From: Podarcis filfolensis
Lineage: Eukaryota
Direction: 5' to 3' (one strand)
Assembly: GCA_964270895.1 (NCBI GenBank)
Contig: OZ185437.1
Length of the DNA stretch: 64,000 nt
Made by a program: the position numbers and the translations under genes. The notes under the pieces are model-generated. The model saw only the letters and a program-made list of their open reading frames with translations. It did not search any database and was not told the DNA's origin. Shown here one piece after another: positions 37,895-49,252 of this stretch; the first letter of the stretch is position 1, and each line of letters begins with the position of its first letter.

Positions 37895-38180
37895 CTTTCT
37901 TGCAGGGTGCAAACCAACAGGCAGAAGCAAGGAAAGCCTGGAGAAAAATCTGCAGAGGTTCATCAACGCAGAGAGCTATGCCACTGGCCCTGCAGATGCC
38001 CAGTGGTACCAACCTGCAGTCCCGGGGTGAGCCTGGTGAAGGATGGCTGCGGATGCTGCAAGATGTGTGCCAAGCAATCAGGGGAAACATGTAATGAAGC
38101 TGAGGTCTGTGACCCCCACAAGGGGCTATACTGCGACTACTCTGCAGATAAGCCTAGGTATGAAAATGGAGTATGTGCAT
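37895..38180 (+). CDS. CCN6: CCN6 coding exon 2 (IGFBP module); acceptor uncertain
   Basis: LSCRVQ...CHWPCRCP...[16 protein letters not shown]...[12 protein letters not shown]...GVCA; donor GCAT|GTAAGT; the only frame-preserving acceptor nearby is the weak AAAG at 37891-37894. Confidence 0.85.
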
Positions 38181-38810
38181 GTAAGTCCCTCGTTTTTTTC
38201 TATTTTCTATCACGTGTGTAGTATGGGAATAGGGAATAAAATGTAACACCATGACTTCCATTGCTTTCTTCAGTTTCACACCCATTTTCTTTCAAAGGAG
38301 ATGCAACCCTAAATGATAATTAAAAAATGTATTTTCTTGATGTCAATGGGCCTTAAATTTTTAAGAAAACTATTATTGCTGGTGTTTAACAATTTGGAAA
38401 TTATATCTCTAAATTGGACTCTGCTAACCGTTAGGAACTCAGGCACCCACAGAGAGCTTTGGAAAGGAATCTTGTGGCGTTGCCCTTTTATAGAAGATTT
38501 TTGGGAAACAGCAAATAAAATAATGGTTGTAGCAACTGTGATATTATATCCTGCTGTCATAGTCAAGGGTTATACTACAGTAGGTGCAAAATCTTAAGCA
38601 GTCTGAATTGTGGATTTTTAATAGTCAGTAAATTTATATATGCAAAATAAGTATATGTAGTTATTTGAATACTCCAAAGGACCCATAAAAGCTAAACTCT
38701 ACTGTTATTAACAAATGTCGCCTAGGAAGTCTTACGTTCCATTTGTCTAGAACAGACCTCTTGCAGGGATCCACACAGGTTTACTTGGTTTTTTTCTTCA
38801 CTATTCCCAG

Positions 38811-39050
38811 ATATGATAGCAGTGGGTTGTGAGCTCAATGGGGTGCACTATGTCAATGGCTACAACTTCCAGCCCACTCCTCTTTACAAATGTCTGTGTG
38901 TGAATGGTGCAATTGGATGTACACCTGTCTTCATCTCAAAGCCAGCACCTAATGAATGTGCAGCACCGAAGAGCAGAAAGAAATCTGGACAATCCAAATG
39001 TGTTTCAGGACAGCAGGAGCAGCAGTCAACCAGTTACAGATTAATGTCAG
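38811..39050 (+). CDS. CCN6: CCN6 coding exon 3 (VWC module)
   Basis: TTCCCAG|AT ATG ATA GCA...GCELNGVHYVNGYNFQPTPLYKCLCVNGAIGCTP...; TCAG|GTAGGC. Confidence 0.95.
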
Positions 39051-40793
39051 GTAGGCAAGGCTAGACTGATATCTTCTTCATGATAGATTTATTTTTTTAA
39101 AGAGGTGTTTCCTTATTATTTGAGGCAGGTAAAGTTATTTGCATTTCCCCTTTTTAAATAGGTAACAAAAACTTCTGGTACTTGTAGGGCAGCTTTATAA
39201 TTGAATTTATAATTGTTAGATTGGGGTAGAGTAGGTGCTTGTCTCTTCTTGTAGGTCACTGTTAGGTTCCGGGGCAGGATTGGGAAACCTTTGTGTCAAG
39301 AGCCTCAGAGGTAATCTTTTGGGGGCTCTGTGCCAGAGCCACAACTTTAGTGCTGCCACTCCTTTTTCTCTCTTTATGCCCCTTTGTCTCTCTCCCCTCT
39401 CCACCCCATAAGCTGCCAGAAAGAATGGGAACAACTTGCTTTGGGAGGACTGTTTCCCCCCCCCTCCTTCCATGACTCCATTTGTTTGAGCTTTCTCCAT
39501 TCTTCCCTCTATCACCCCAACCGCATGAAGTTACACCGAGGGCCACATGCAGGACCCAGAATGGATGGCCTTCCAGATTTTTCAGCTACATTATCAATAT
39601 AGTCAGAAGTACACCAGCCAACCTAGGGGTCCAAAACAATATGACTCCTGTAACATAGAAAAGCTTTTCAGAAGATATCAACACACATTGGATGTAGAAC
39701 ATGCCCTGTAATGTTGCTTGCAAGATATTAGGGCAAGACTAGGCAGCAAGTAGAGAAAAGTTGAAAAAGACAGATTAGACAAAACACACAGTTGCAATCT
39801 TACTTCTATGAAAATGCTGAGAACCTCCAAAACAATCCAAGCAGCTTATGATTTATACACTATTAATGCATGGTTTGCATGCTCTCACAATTAATTTTGA
39901 AAGCTAAGGGTTTTTTCCTTCCGTATCTTGCCGAACAAGCTTAATTTTAATATTTTACTATCTTTCCTTCTTTCTGCATGCACTGCCCTAGTTAACAAAT
40001 CCCTGTTGTAAAAGCAATGAAATTATTTTATGTACAACAAATATATATATAAACCCACAGCTTTGTAACCTTGCTTTATTTATTTCAGATCTGTGCCAGG
40101 CTTTTAAATTTGCTTCCTGCGCTGTGATTTTTAAGCTGCTGCTGCTTACTTCCCAGGTACCCTCATATATCTGCTCTGTCCTCTTGAACTGTGCACATTT
40201 CAAATCTGGTCAGTCATCCTGTAGAACTCCCATCATCAGGATTTGCTATGTGGAGATTGTAAAAAGCAGGTTTAAGATCTATAGCTATTAATGCTCCGAC
40301 TCTTTGGAATGTGGGGATAAAAGCCCTCAACCCCAATCCTCTTAAAGAAAACTAATTTGATACAGAACTTTCAGCATATGTATGTTGATAAAGCCTGGCC
40401 TAGGTGCCCCATATCTACTTTAACACAGGTATTTCACATAGCCAGTCTATTTTGTAAGAACTTTTTCAGGAAAATGTCTTGCTTTCTAGGGCAGACTTGA
40501 GAGTCATGGCATTAAGAAACAAACAAGCAGCATTACCAAGATATAAAATCAAATCTTTGGAGACTGAGGTGCTAAATTCCTATAAAAGTTAATTGAACTT
40601 GTGGCAGCTATTTCTTAAAATCTAAACCCAATTTCTGTAATTTAAGCAAGTAAAATCCAAAAGGTGATCCTGGCAACCTGGCATGCTTAATTCTCATGTT
40701 CCATGCTATTTTGGGGTTGCCTTAGTAGAACTGATCTGAATTAAACGGCTTAAAAATATTTGGCTCAAGATGTAATATAATTCTGTCTTCTAG

Positions 40794-40987
40794 CTTTCAG
40801 AAGTGTACCGCTTGTTTTAAAGAAGAAGTGCCTGGTTCAAGCAACTCCTTGGACACCTTGTTCCCGAACCTGTGGCATGGGAATATCTGACAGAGTGACC
40901 AATGAAAACAGTAAATGTGAAATAAGGAAGGAAAAGAGACTGTGCTACATTCAACCATGCCAAGCAAAATTTCCAAAGAGCATAAAG
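40794..40987 (+). CDS. CCN6: CCN6 coding exon 4 (TSP1 module)
   Basis: CTTCTAG|CT TTC...[45 protein letters not shown]...SIK|GTAAAC. Confidence 0.95.
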
Positions 40988-41277
40988 GTAAACCACATTT
41001 CAGAACACAATTTCCTCATTAGGCTGAAAGTATTAACTGCTAGATGTATGATTTTTTAAATAACCATGGGGCTGGTGGGGAGAGAAGTTATGGTCTTGCT
41101 GTTCAATTGTGGATTTGAAAATTAGGGAGACAAGAATAACAGATCATCTTGTAGAAGCTTGTGGAATGTTTTCTACATTGCACATATGGCACATAACTAC
41201 CAATAGAGAATTATTGGGCCCTTCTTTGTACTACTGGTGTTCAAAGGAGATTCTTTCAGGTGCCATCTACCCTATTC

Positions 41278-41573
41278 ATTTAAAGCAGTATTATACCACT
41301 TAAAATATGAATTGCATTCCTCCAGTGAATCCTGGGAACTGTAGTATATTCAGGGTACTGGGAGTGGTTAATAGACTCCCTATTCCCCATAGCGCTACAA
41401 TTCCAAGAGTGATTTAACAGTCAATCTCTTCCCAGCAAACACTGCGAATTGCATCTACTTGAGGGGGACTAGAGGTCCCTAGGAACTCTTAGAACCCTGA
41501 ACAAACTACAGAACCCAGGATTTCTTTGGGGGAAAGCCATGGCTATTTAAAGTGGAATCATGCTGCTTTAAAT
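41278..41573. mobile_element. Palindromic MITE in CCN6 intron 4
   Basis: atttaaagcagtattataccact / agtggaatcatgctgctttaaat imperfect TIRs; inner cctgggaactgtagt / actacagaacccagg arms. Confidence 0.6.
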
Positions 41574-41974
41574 ATATACTGTAGTGCAGTGTATAATCCA
41601 TGTCTATTAGCACTGGTGCTTGCTGACTGCATTCCCCAGTTGTCACGTTTATATTAGCCCAAATCAGGTGTCCAGAAAGTCAGGTGGTAAAGCGCTGGGA
41701 TGAATCTCACAGGTCACTGATTAAATTTCCCACTCATATAGTGCCACAGTGGTCTTGAAGTGGTAGGATAGTGAACCTGCAGGAGTTAACTGTGTAGAAC
41801 TAAGTTATCAGCACTGCACAAAAATCAAGCAATGCTAAACTTATTATTTTAAATTTGCATGCACTGTAGGTGGCTAAAAACATGGCCTCAACACTGCTTC
41901 TTCAATATGCATGTACAGTAATAAACTTCACTTTGAACATAATAGCAAGATTTTACTTTTACTTATATTTCAAG

Positions 41975-42256
41975 ATACCTAAAGGAAAAACATGCCGACC
42001 TACATTCCAGCTTGCCAAGGCAGAGAAACTAGTATTTTCTGGATGCACAAGTACACAAAGATATAGACCAACCTTTTGTGGAATCTGCCTGGACAAGAGA
42101 TGTTGCATACCCAACAAATCTGTAATGATTACAGTGCAGTTTGATTGTCCAAAGGAAGGCTCCTTTAAGTGGAAGTTGATGTGGATTACATCTTGTGTTT
42201 GTCAGAAGACATGCAATGATCCAGGAAACATATTTTCTGAACTCAAACTCTTGTAA
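41975..42256 (+). CDS. CCN6: CCN6 coding exon 5 (CT cystine knot) to stop
   Basis: TTTCAAG|[13 protein letters not shown]...[26 protein letters not shown]...FSELKLL*; the five exons total 1053 nt = 350 aa. Confidence 0.97.
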   Translation: MPKGKTCRPTFQLAKAEKLVFSGCTSTQRYRPTFCGICLDKRCCIPNKSVMITVQFDCPKEGSFKWKLMWITSCVCQKTCNDPGNIFSELKLL

Positions 42257-43763
42257 GTGGCAACACAGGAAAGAAAATGGTCAAATGTTCCCATGAAAAG
42301 TTGCTCATGTAACACCACTGACAGGTAGCTGTGTTTGAAATTTTAGGTTTTAAATGAATTCACATAGCAATCCTTTCATCCAAGACAGAGCTTGCCCCTA
42401 ATGTGTTTATTTTGAAAAGCAGAATGTGTGGCTATTATATCCAGTTAAATACTGTAGCTACAAAGCATTTTCTTAAATATTTTAAAATGCAATACTTTGA
42501 TAATTTATGTGGAAGGGGTATACCAATCCCATAAAAAAATGGCAGGTTTTCAAACATAAAAATTCAATCAGTTACCTATACACAACTGATTCATATACAT
42601 GATTGCCCAAAGATGCATATACACAAGCCCCACCCCAACATCCAAGTGCTCAATCCCTGATCATCGCCACAGTGAACAGGTCTGCAAGGGACCTCATAAA
42701 GCCTGCATGAGATGTTCAGCTGACATGAGTGAAAGCTCCCTTAAGATCTTCCCTGTTCAATGCAGGTATGATTAGGGATTGAATGAGAAGTGTGCAATGC
42801 ATGGACATTGTGTGCACACCCCTTCACTTTTCTCTAAATTTGCGCATAAGCAATATTTCAAAGCTGTAAAGTGAACAATATCAGACTGTTTGCAAAAGAA
42901 AGAATTCAAAACGCATAAAATCATTTATCCAAATAGTTTGCATGCATGTGCATAGTGTTAACTTGTGATTAAGAAGAACTCAATGGAGTTTACATCTGAA
43001 TAGAAACGTATAGGATTGTACTGCACCTGTGTGAAAATGTGGTGGTGTGCAATTTGTCACCCAAACCAGCTAGTGATGGGTACATAAACTTCAACACATG
43101 CATCTCCTCAGATAGATCAGGGTGATTGAGGGAGTCAACACAAAACAAGGATTTGGGCATTTATTTATGATTATTTATGCGATCTACAAAGCATGATTGT
43201 ATGTATCAAATTGCATATTTCTTGATGATCGATAGTGTAGTGAAACACCTTTATGTTTACTGGAACCAAAACGTAGTTTTCTAGACAGGCAATTTTCTAT
43301 GGAACAGTCTTTGATATTGATCTCCCAGGTTAGTATTTTCCTTTTCTCTTCAACAAAAACAAAGCAAAGCAGCCAAGCAATTTAGCAGCATTTCTGTATG
43401 CCTCTTAAAAATATTGTATCAAAGCCTGCAAATCGGTAAGAATGTAAATACTCGACTTGTGAACTGGAGGATAGAACCTTCTTGTATGCCGTTTCACGGA
43501 TAACTGCGTTATTTAAAGTTACTCTGCTTGCATGGAAAATCTCTATAACATAATGTTCTCTACAACATAAGGTTCAGAAGTATGTACTGAGTTTACAGTA
43601 GTAGATATATCAGGTCTTGTATTGCTGTTTAGAGCTAGTAATGTTATGTTGTTAAACTGCATTTGGTGCTCTAGACTGGTTGATAACCAGATGTATAACA
43701 GTTTGGGGCATGTAGTAGACAAGGATTCACGAGGACGAGGCCAAATTTTATGAAATTATACAT

Positions 43764-43769
43764 TTTATT
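43764..43769 (-). terminator. Candidate TUBE1 poly(A) signal
   Basis: First AATAAA I found on the minus strand after the TUBE1 stop. Confidence 0.5.
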
Positions 43770-43785
43770 ATGTAAATATCTTGTA

Positions 43786-43791
43786 AATAAA
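43786..43791 (+). terminator. Candidate CCN6 poly(A) signal
   Basis: First AATAAA I found on the plus strand after the CCN6 stop. Confidence 0.5.
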
Positions 43792-44145
43792 ATTCATTTA
43801 TGACAAAATCCGATATGGTCAAATTATATTAAAGTGGTTGTTTTCATAATCTACATATAAAAGTATCTTCAAAATAGTGCTTAAGTTAAAATTACATCAT
43901 GAGAGGTAGACCATAAGAAGGTATTATAATTATTCTACTTTTTTGAGATATGTAATCCAGCATCTGTGCAATATGAGAAATATGTGAAACTGTCACTTAA
44001 ACTGAACACTTCCACTATCTTTTGACAATGAAATTTACTAACCCCAGCCAAAGTAAGTTCGTCCCAGGTTATTTTTAACTGGATTGCATGAGAATAATTT
44101 GCTGATCTAAACTTTAACACACACACCCCGCCCCTGTAACAAGTG

Positions 44146-44304
44146 CTACATTGCTATCTTCAGTCTTGGTGGATCTATAGCAGGTCCACAGTTAGCAGCA
44201 TCTAGCTGATTATAGTCTTCTATTAAATCAGACAAAGATGAAAGCGCTTCAGGGAAATAGGACTGATCCATCCCATCAATATGTAGGTAATGGTGAAGGT
44301 GAGC
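44146..44304 (-). CDS. TUBE1: TUBE1 exon 12 (to stop)
   Basis: cag|AHLHHYLHIDGMDQSYFPEALSSLSDLIEDYNQLDAANCGPAIDPPRLKIAM*. Confidence 0.95.
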   Translation of the reverse strand, partial: AHLHHYLHIDGMDQSYFPEALSSLSDLIEDYNQLDAANCGPAIDPPRLKIAM

Positions 44305-44753
44305 CTGCAAGAATAGATGTTACATTAGTCACATGATTTACAGGAACATTGAACAAAATGAATTCAAGTCTTCTTCCAATTCCATGTGCAAAACTGGTTA
44401 TAACTTTAATGTAAAGATCTGTTGTGATAATTTTTGGATTAAGGGTTAACAACAACAATAATAACAAGAATATCACGCACAATCTATCCAGCATGTGTGT
44501 ACTGTAGTTGGGTATGTGAGGGATTTGACTTCCTACTTTCGCTCTCTTTTCCTCCAGTTCATGTCCATGTGCATTTGCACCACAGTCACCCAACCATTTA
44601 TTTAACTCCAAACTGTATTATAACCCTTTGTAAGTCCAAGTGAAGCATGTGGAGAGGCTACCATTAGTGCAGCATATTTCCACATACCACTTGTAATATA
44701 AGTACAACTGAACTACTTATAATGACAATATTACTTCTCATTATGTGGCATAC

Positions 44754-44928
44754 CTTTTTCTTGTACAGCCTTGTGAATCTCTCCTTGAGCTCTACAAAAG
44801 TAGATTTCACACAAGTGTTATTTGCTAGCGCCAACAATGAGTGGGAATGACCCACAGGTGGTACTGAACAGAGGCCAGTTTTCCATCCTTCTTGATTCCA
44901 GGAGACAAACTGAAGTGAAGGTTTCAAC
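44754..44928 (-). CDS. TUBE1: TUBE1 exon 11
   Basis: LKPSLQFVSWNQEGWKTGLCSVPPVGHSHSLLALANNTCV...RLYKKK|gtatgc. Confidence 0.97.
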
Positions 44929-45213
44929 CTGCAATACGAAATTAGGAGACTGACATGAAGGCAACAGTAAAATAAACTACACAAAACATGAACCCTAAAT
45001 GCACATTTGACTCCACCCCCCAAGTGGCACTTTTATGGGCTTTCAGCTACTGCTGTGCAACCGATCTGGCTGAATCCTAAACATAATTGGACCAATTTCT
45101 ACCAAATCCAGATTGGCTAAAGGCAGCTACAAATCACTACAGAGTGGTTTGGGTTGATCTGAATCAATCTGAACTAAAAACAGGCTCTAAAAAACCAGTG
45201 TTGCAATTAAATA

Positions 45214-45414
45214 CAGGTAACCCCCCATTTACGCGGGGGCTACGTTCCGAGGCACCGCGTGCATCATTGAAATAGCATATATTTGAAACCACTGAAAAAG
45301 CCTGCAAACACCCTGTTCTGCCCATGCCCTGCCCCTTTCTGTGACGTTTTTGGATCATGATGTACACGTGCAGTTGCGCACATATTGAAGGTGCGTAAAT
45401 GGGGTGTGCGCGTC
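45214..45414. mobile_element. Tc1/mariner-like MITE in TUBE1 intron 10
   Basis: TA|caggtaaccccccatttacgc ... gcgtaaatggggtgtgcgcgtc|TA; right TIR degenerate. Confidence 0.6.
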
Positions 45415-46370
45415 TATACAGAAGAATGCTGGGTGTGAGGGAGCTAGACTTTGCTCATTAAGACCTCCAACTTCCAATCCAGGATTAGAATCTCATCCAA
45501 TGTATTTTGTTTTCTGACTGTCTTTATAAACAGGCTGTCGTGGGTTTGTGTCAGTAGGTCTTGTGAGACAAATGTATCATAGCAAAGGCTTTGAGCAGTC
45601 ACCCTGCCCTGCTACTTCATAGAAACCAGTGCCAGACCGGCAGTGAGCCGAATTACTATACTGAAATGCAGCTGAACAGGCCAAAGAGCATGAGAATTGG
45701 CAGGACTGAGCACTCAACTGACTGTACAGTCTTCCATACACAAACACGAACATCTCTCTATGTGTGAGCGTATTTAGAAAAAGCAAACTTTAAAAGGTTG
45801 CTAGCACAAAATCCCCCTCATCTATTTACCTGTCCAATGTGTAGCAAGGAGGGGCTGCTATGCCTCCAAATTTCATGTAACTATGTGACAAAAAACAAAA
45901 TGCTGTGGTTGTTTGGTTTTCCAAATACACATGAATGGGAGTACGAAATATTTGAATTTCCAGATCCAGTCAAAATGGGTCACACTCCAGACTGATTTCT
46001 GCCAGATCAGGGTAAGTTGGATTACCATATCCAGCCCCAAGTTAATTAAATGCTCAGTTAAATAGTATGTGATAGTGTTAATACCTATTTTCAGGCAAAT
46101 ATGTTATGCTACCTTAGCATTTAACAGCATTTATTTGAAAAATTATATACATATGTACCTAAATATATGTGACTAATTTTTCAGTCTCTGTAGGTTATTG
46201 AGAATATAGTCTTTCCCCTCTCCCTCTGGATGCAGCTGTGCCTGCAGGAGTGGATCAACATAACCTTAATAAGCTTACTGGAATTTGATCCTACAAACCC
46301 AACACCAACTGTGAAGATTTGCTGTATGAGCAGTTAGCAGTTTCTCTTCTAATGTATGATGTGTGCAAAC

Positions 46371-46511
46371 CTTTCAATGTTTCTACGAAGGTCTGAAATC
46401 TGCACATTTCCTCTGACTAACAGGGCACAGGCAAGGTACAAACTGTGCTTTGGGTCAGCTCGTAACAGTTGGTGATCTTTGCTAAAAGCATCTGAAAACA
46501 TTTGGTCCAAC
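46371..46511 (-). CDS. TUBE1: TUBE1 exon 10
   Basis: LDQMFSDAFSKDHQLLRADPKHSLYLACALLVRGNVQISDLRRNIER; ttag| and |gtttgc; missed by the ORF track. Confidence 0.97.
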
Positions 46512-46769
46512 CTAAGAAAAAAAAAGAGTATCTGAGAATATGCAGCTGAGAAAACTTAGCAAATGTCAACACAATCATAATTTGTCAGCAGAGTAATTCT
46601 AAATATGCATCAAATAATAGAACACTATTTCAATTGAAAAGTATGTTGAAGATTTAAAAATAACAAGAGTACAAGATTCCCGTTACTTTATCATGTGTTA
46701 CTAAACACATTCCATTTTATCTTCATGTAGTGAGCAACTATCATTCATATGCCAAACAAGGTTACCCAC

Positions 46770-46910
46770 CTTCGAGAGGGCACATTAACATCAGCCAACG
46801 TATACAGAGGTGTCAAGCTGGAAACAAGATAATGAAGTCGAGGAAAGGGAACCAAATTCATGCTGATTTCATTAAGATCCATATTAAGAGATCCTTCAAA
46901 CCTAGCAGAG
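46770..46910 (-). CDS. TUBE1: TUBE1 exon 9
   Basis: SARFEGSLNMDLNEISMNLVPFPRLHYLVSSLTPLYTLADVNVPSRR. Confidence 0.97.
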
Positions 46911-47416
46911 CTGTATACAGATAATGCAAGAGTTATATAAAAAAAGTTTGGACACATATATTGCAGCATACAAAATCACGCTTTTGAATATTTGTAAGCT
47001 TGCACTGTGAAATGTGTTGCAATCATTTCAATGTAGGGGAAAGTCCCTTAGCAATATAGAAAGAAGCAACACCCTAGGGGCTACAAGAGTATTGCTTGCT
47101 GTGTTCAGCTGCTGCTACAAGAGCTTTTCCTCTTTGTACTGGTGAAGCAGGGCTATTCATCTCTGCTGTGCTTCCCTCCCACATCATACCGTAACAGTTG
47201 CACTACGAGCTTCTGTTCAATTATGGGATGGAAAAGGAACGTCTCTTAGTATGCTACAATAATGGGTGTAGGTAGACTAGACGTGAGAGAAGCTGGGTTT
47301 TCCAAACGGAAGAAATGAAAGGGGAGCATAGACATTTTACCACACAAGCTAAAGGTGACACCCATTGATTTCAGTTTTAGCAACCACTTATCTAATTAAA
47401 AATTTCAGAAGCTCAC

Positions 47417-47592
47417 CTTGTCAAGTTCAACAGTAAGTTGGCCACAATATTGTTCATAGCATCAAATGGTTTCTCCCGAGAACACTTTATTCCACCTGCA
47501 CTTGAAGTTACTAAGCTGGCTGGCTTTATGGTTGATCCTAACTTTCCACTGTTGGTCATCTGGTTAATTTTGCTAACAATGTCAAATAAAGA
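47417..47592 (-). CDS. TUBE1: TUBE1 exon 8
   Basis: SLFDIVSKIN...KPFDAMNNIVANLLLNLT; ccag| and |gtgagc. Confidence 0.97.
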
Positions 47593-47866
47593 CTGGAAAA
47601 AGCATAGGTGAAAAAGCTGGTAAATTTTTTTGAATGCAAAGCTATCCAACGTACAGCAGACTCCTAAGCATGACTACTCAGAAAGCCTGCTGGATTCAAT
47701 AGGGCTTACTTCAAGGTAAGTAATTATAGGATTGAAGCTTTAATATTTTACTCAGTTGTTTCAGGTAAATTTTAAAATGAAGAATAAACAAAGAATAACT
47801 ACATTGCACTTAAAACTGTAATCTAGAAAGGCTTTAATACATTAGTACAGTATTATAAATTCTTAC

Positions 47867-48054
47867 TTCATTTTCAATTGGCAATACACAGTCTGCATGG
47901 TCACTGAGTTCTTTCATAGCCAATACACTGTTATAAGGAGATGTAATGACATCATCCTCCCGGGAAGGATAAACAGAAGTAACAAATCTATATACTTCAG
48001 GAAATTCATCCTCAAGAAGCTTTAGTACAAATGTACCAAGACCAGATCCTGTCC
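47867..48054 (-). CDS. TUBE1: TUBE1 exon 7
   Basis: GTGSGLGTFVLKLLEDEFPEVYRF...PYNSVLAMKEL...VLPIENE|gtaaga. Confidence 0.97.
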
Positions 48055-49130
48055 CTAGAAGCAAGAATTCAAATAGTTAGAACGACAAGAGTACATGAAA
48101 AAGTCTTGTGTGGTATTCAACTTCCTTTGGATTTTCTTACAAGTGAGAAAGGTTTTTATTTTTATTTTAAAGTTCACCAATTGAAAGTTCAGATTTGGAG
48201 ATGCAAAGATTGTCTTCTACTGGAAAAATTATGAGCGCTTAAGGTAGCAATTCACCAATATCATTTCTTTTGATAATGAGATTGCAGTATGGACTGCAAT
48301 CTCAAATGGTATCCAACATTTGGATTTAAAGAGATGACCCAGATTTGAAGGCACTATTTCCATGAGACTTTCTAATCATGACTAGCTTATTATTTTAAGC
48401 AAAAACATTCAACATCATAAGAACTATCCAATTTACAGTATTTTACTGAGCAAAAACATTTATGTTGTGTTCTGTGCTTGTGATAGAAATATACTAATTG
48501 CAGAAATACATTTTTTGTCAGATTACAATGAAAACATCATTATATTGCTCATTTAGAAACTGTCAATGTATTCTGTACATTACAATGTTGTCCTCAAAAG
48601 AATATTCTAGCATAGAGTACTATTATTCACAGATCATAGATTTCAAGGATAATCACTTGCCTAAGGTCACCTAACGAGTTTATGACCCAAGTAAGATTTG
48701 CAACTGGGAGTCTGGCTGCACAAGAACCATGCTCTTCTCATGTAAATTACAAAGATGCTGACAAAAGTGTTTTGGTGCATAACATGCCATTATGCAGCAG
48801 AGCTTTAAGATGCATTATATAAATATTTTCTGATAAGGAGGTCCACAATTCAATCACCAGATTTCTATTGGTTATAGCTTTGATTCAGGAAACGTCTACT
48901 TGCGTGCCCCAAGCTCATTGCACAACACAGCAAACACAAGAGGTCAAAGGGAACTCTTGTTTGTGCTGGGTTGGAGACAGACAAATCCTCCTCCAAGTAC
49001 TCTAGTATGCCCAGAGGATAGGGGAGAGGCGAGGGTCCCATCTTTGATCATGTGCTGGGTTTGGAGCACTAGAGGCGGTCCTTAAGGTCATGAACTCTTA
49101 AGCTTTTGTTTCACCTTTTATCATACTTAC

Positions 49131-49252
49131 CCCCTCCCATGGAATGAATGACAAAAAAGCACTGCAGACAGTCACAATGCTCTGCAGTCTTTCTTAGCTT
49201 TTCAACAATATCTTCTCGGTATTGACATCCATACACTTTGTGACCCACAGCC
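49131..49252 (-). CDS. TUBE1: TUBE1 exon 6
   Basis: AVGHKVYGCQYREDIVEKLRKTAEHCDCLQCFFVIHSMGG; with exon 7 it forms the tubulin GGGTGSG signature. Confidence 0.97.
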
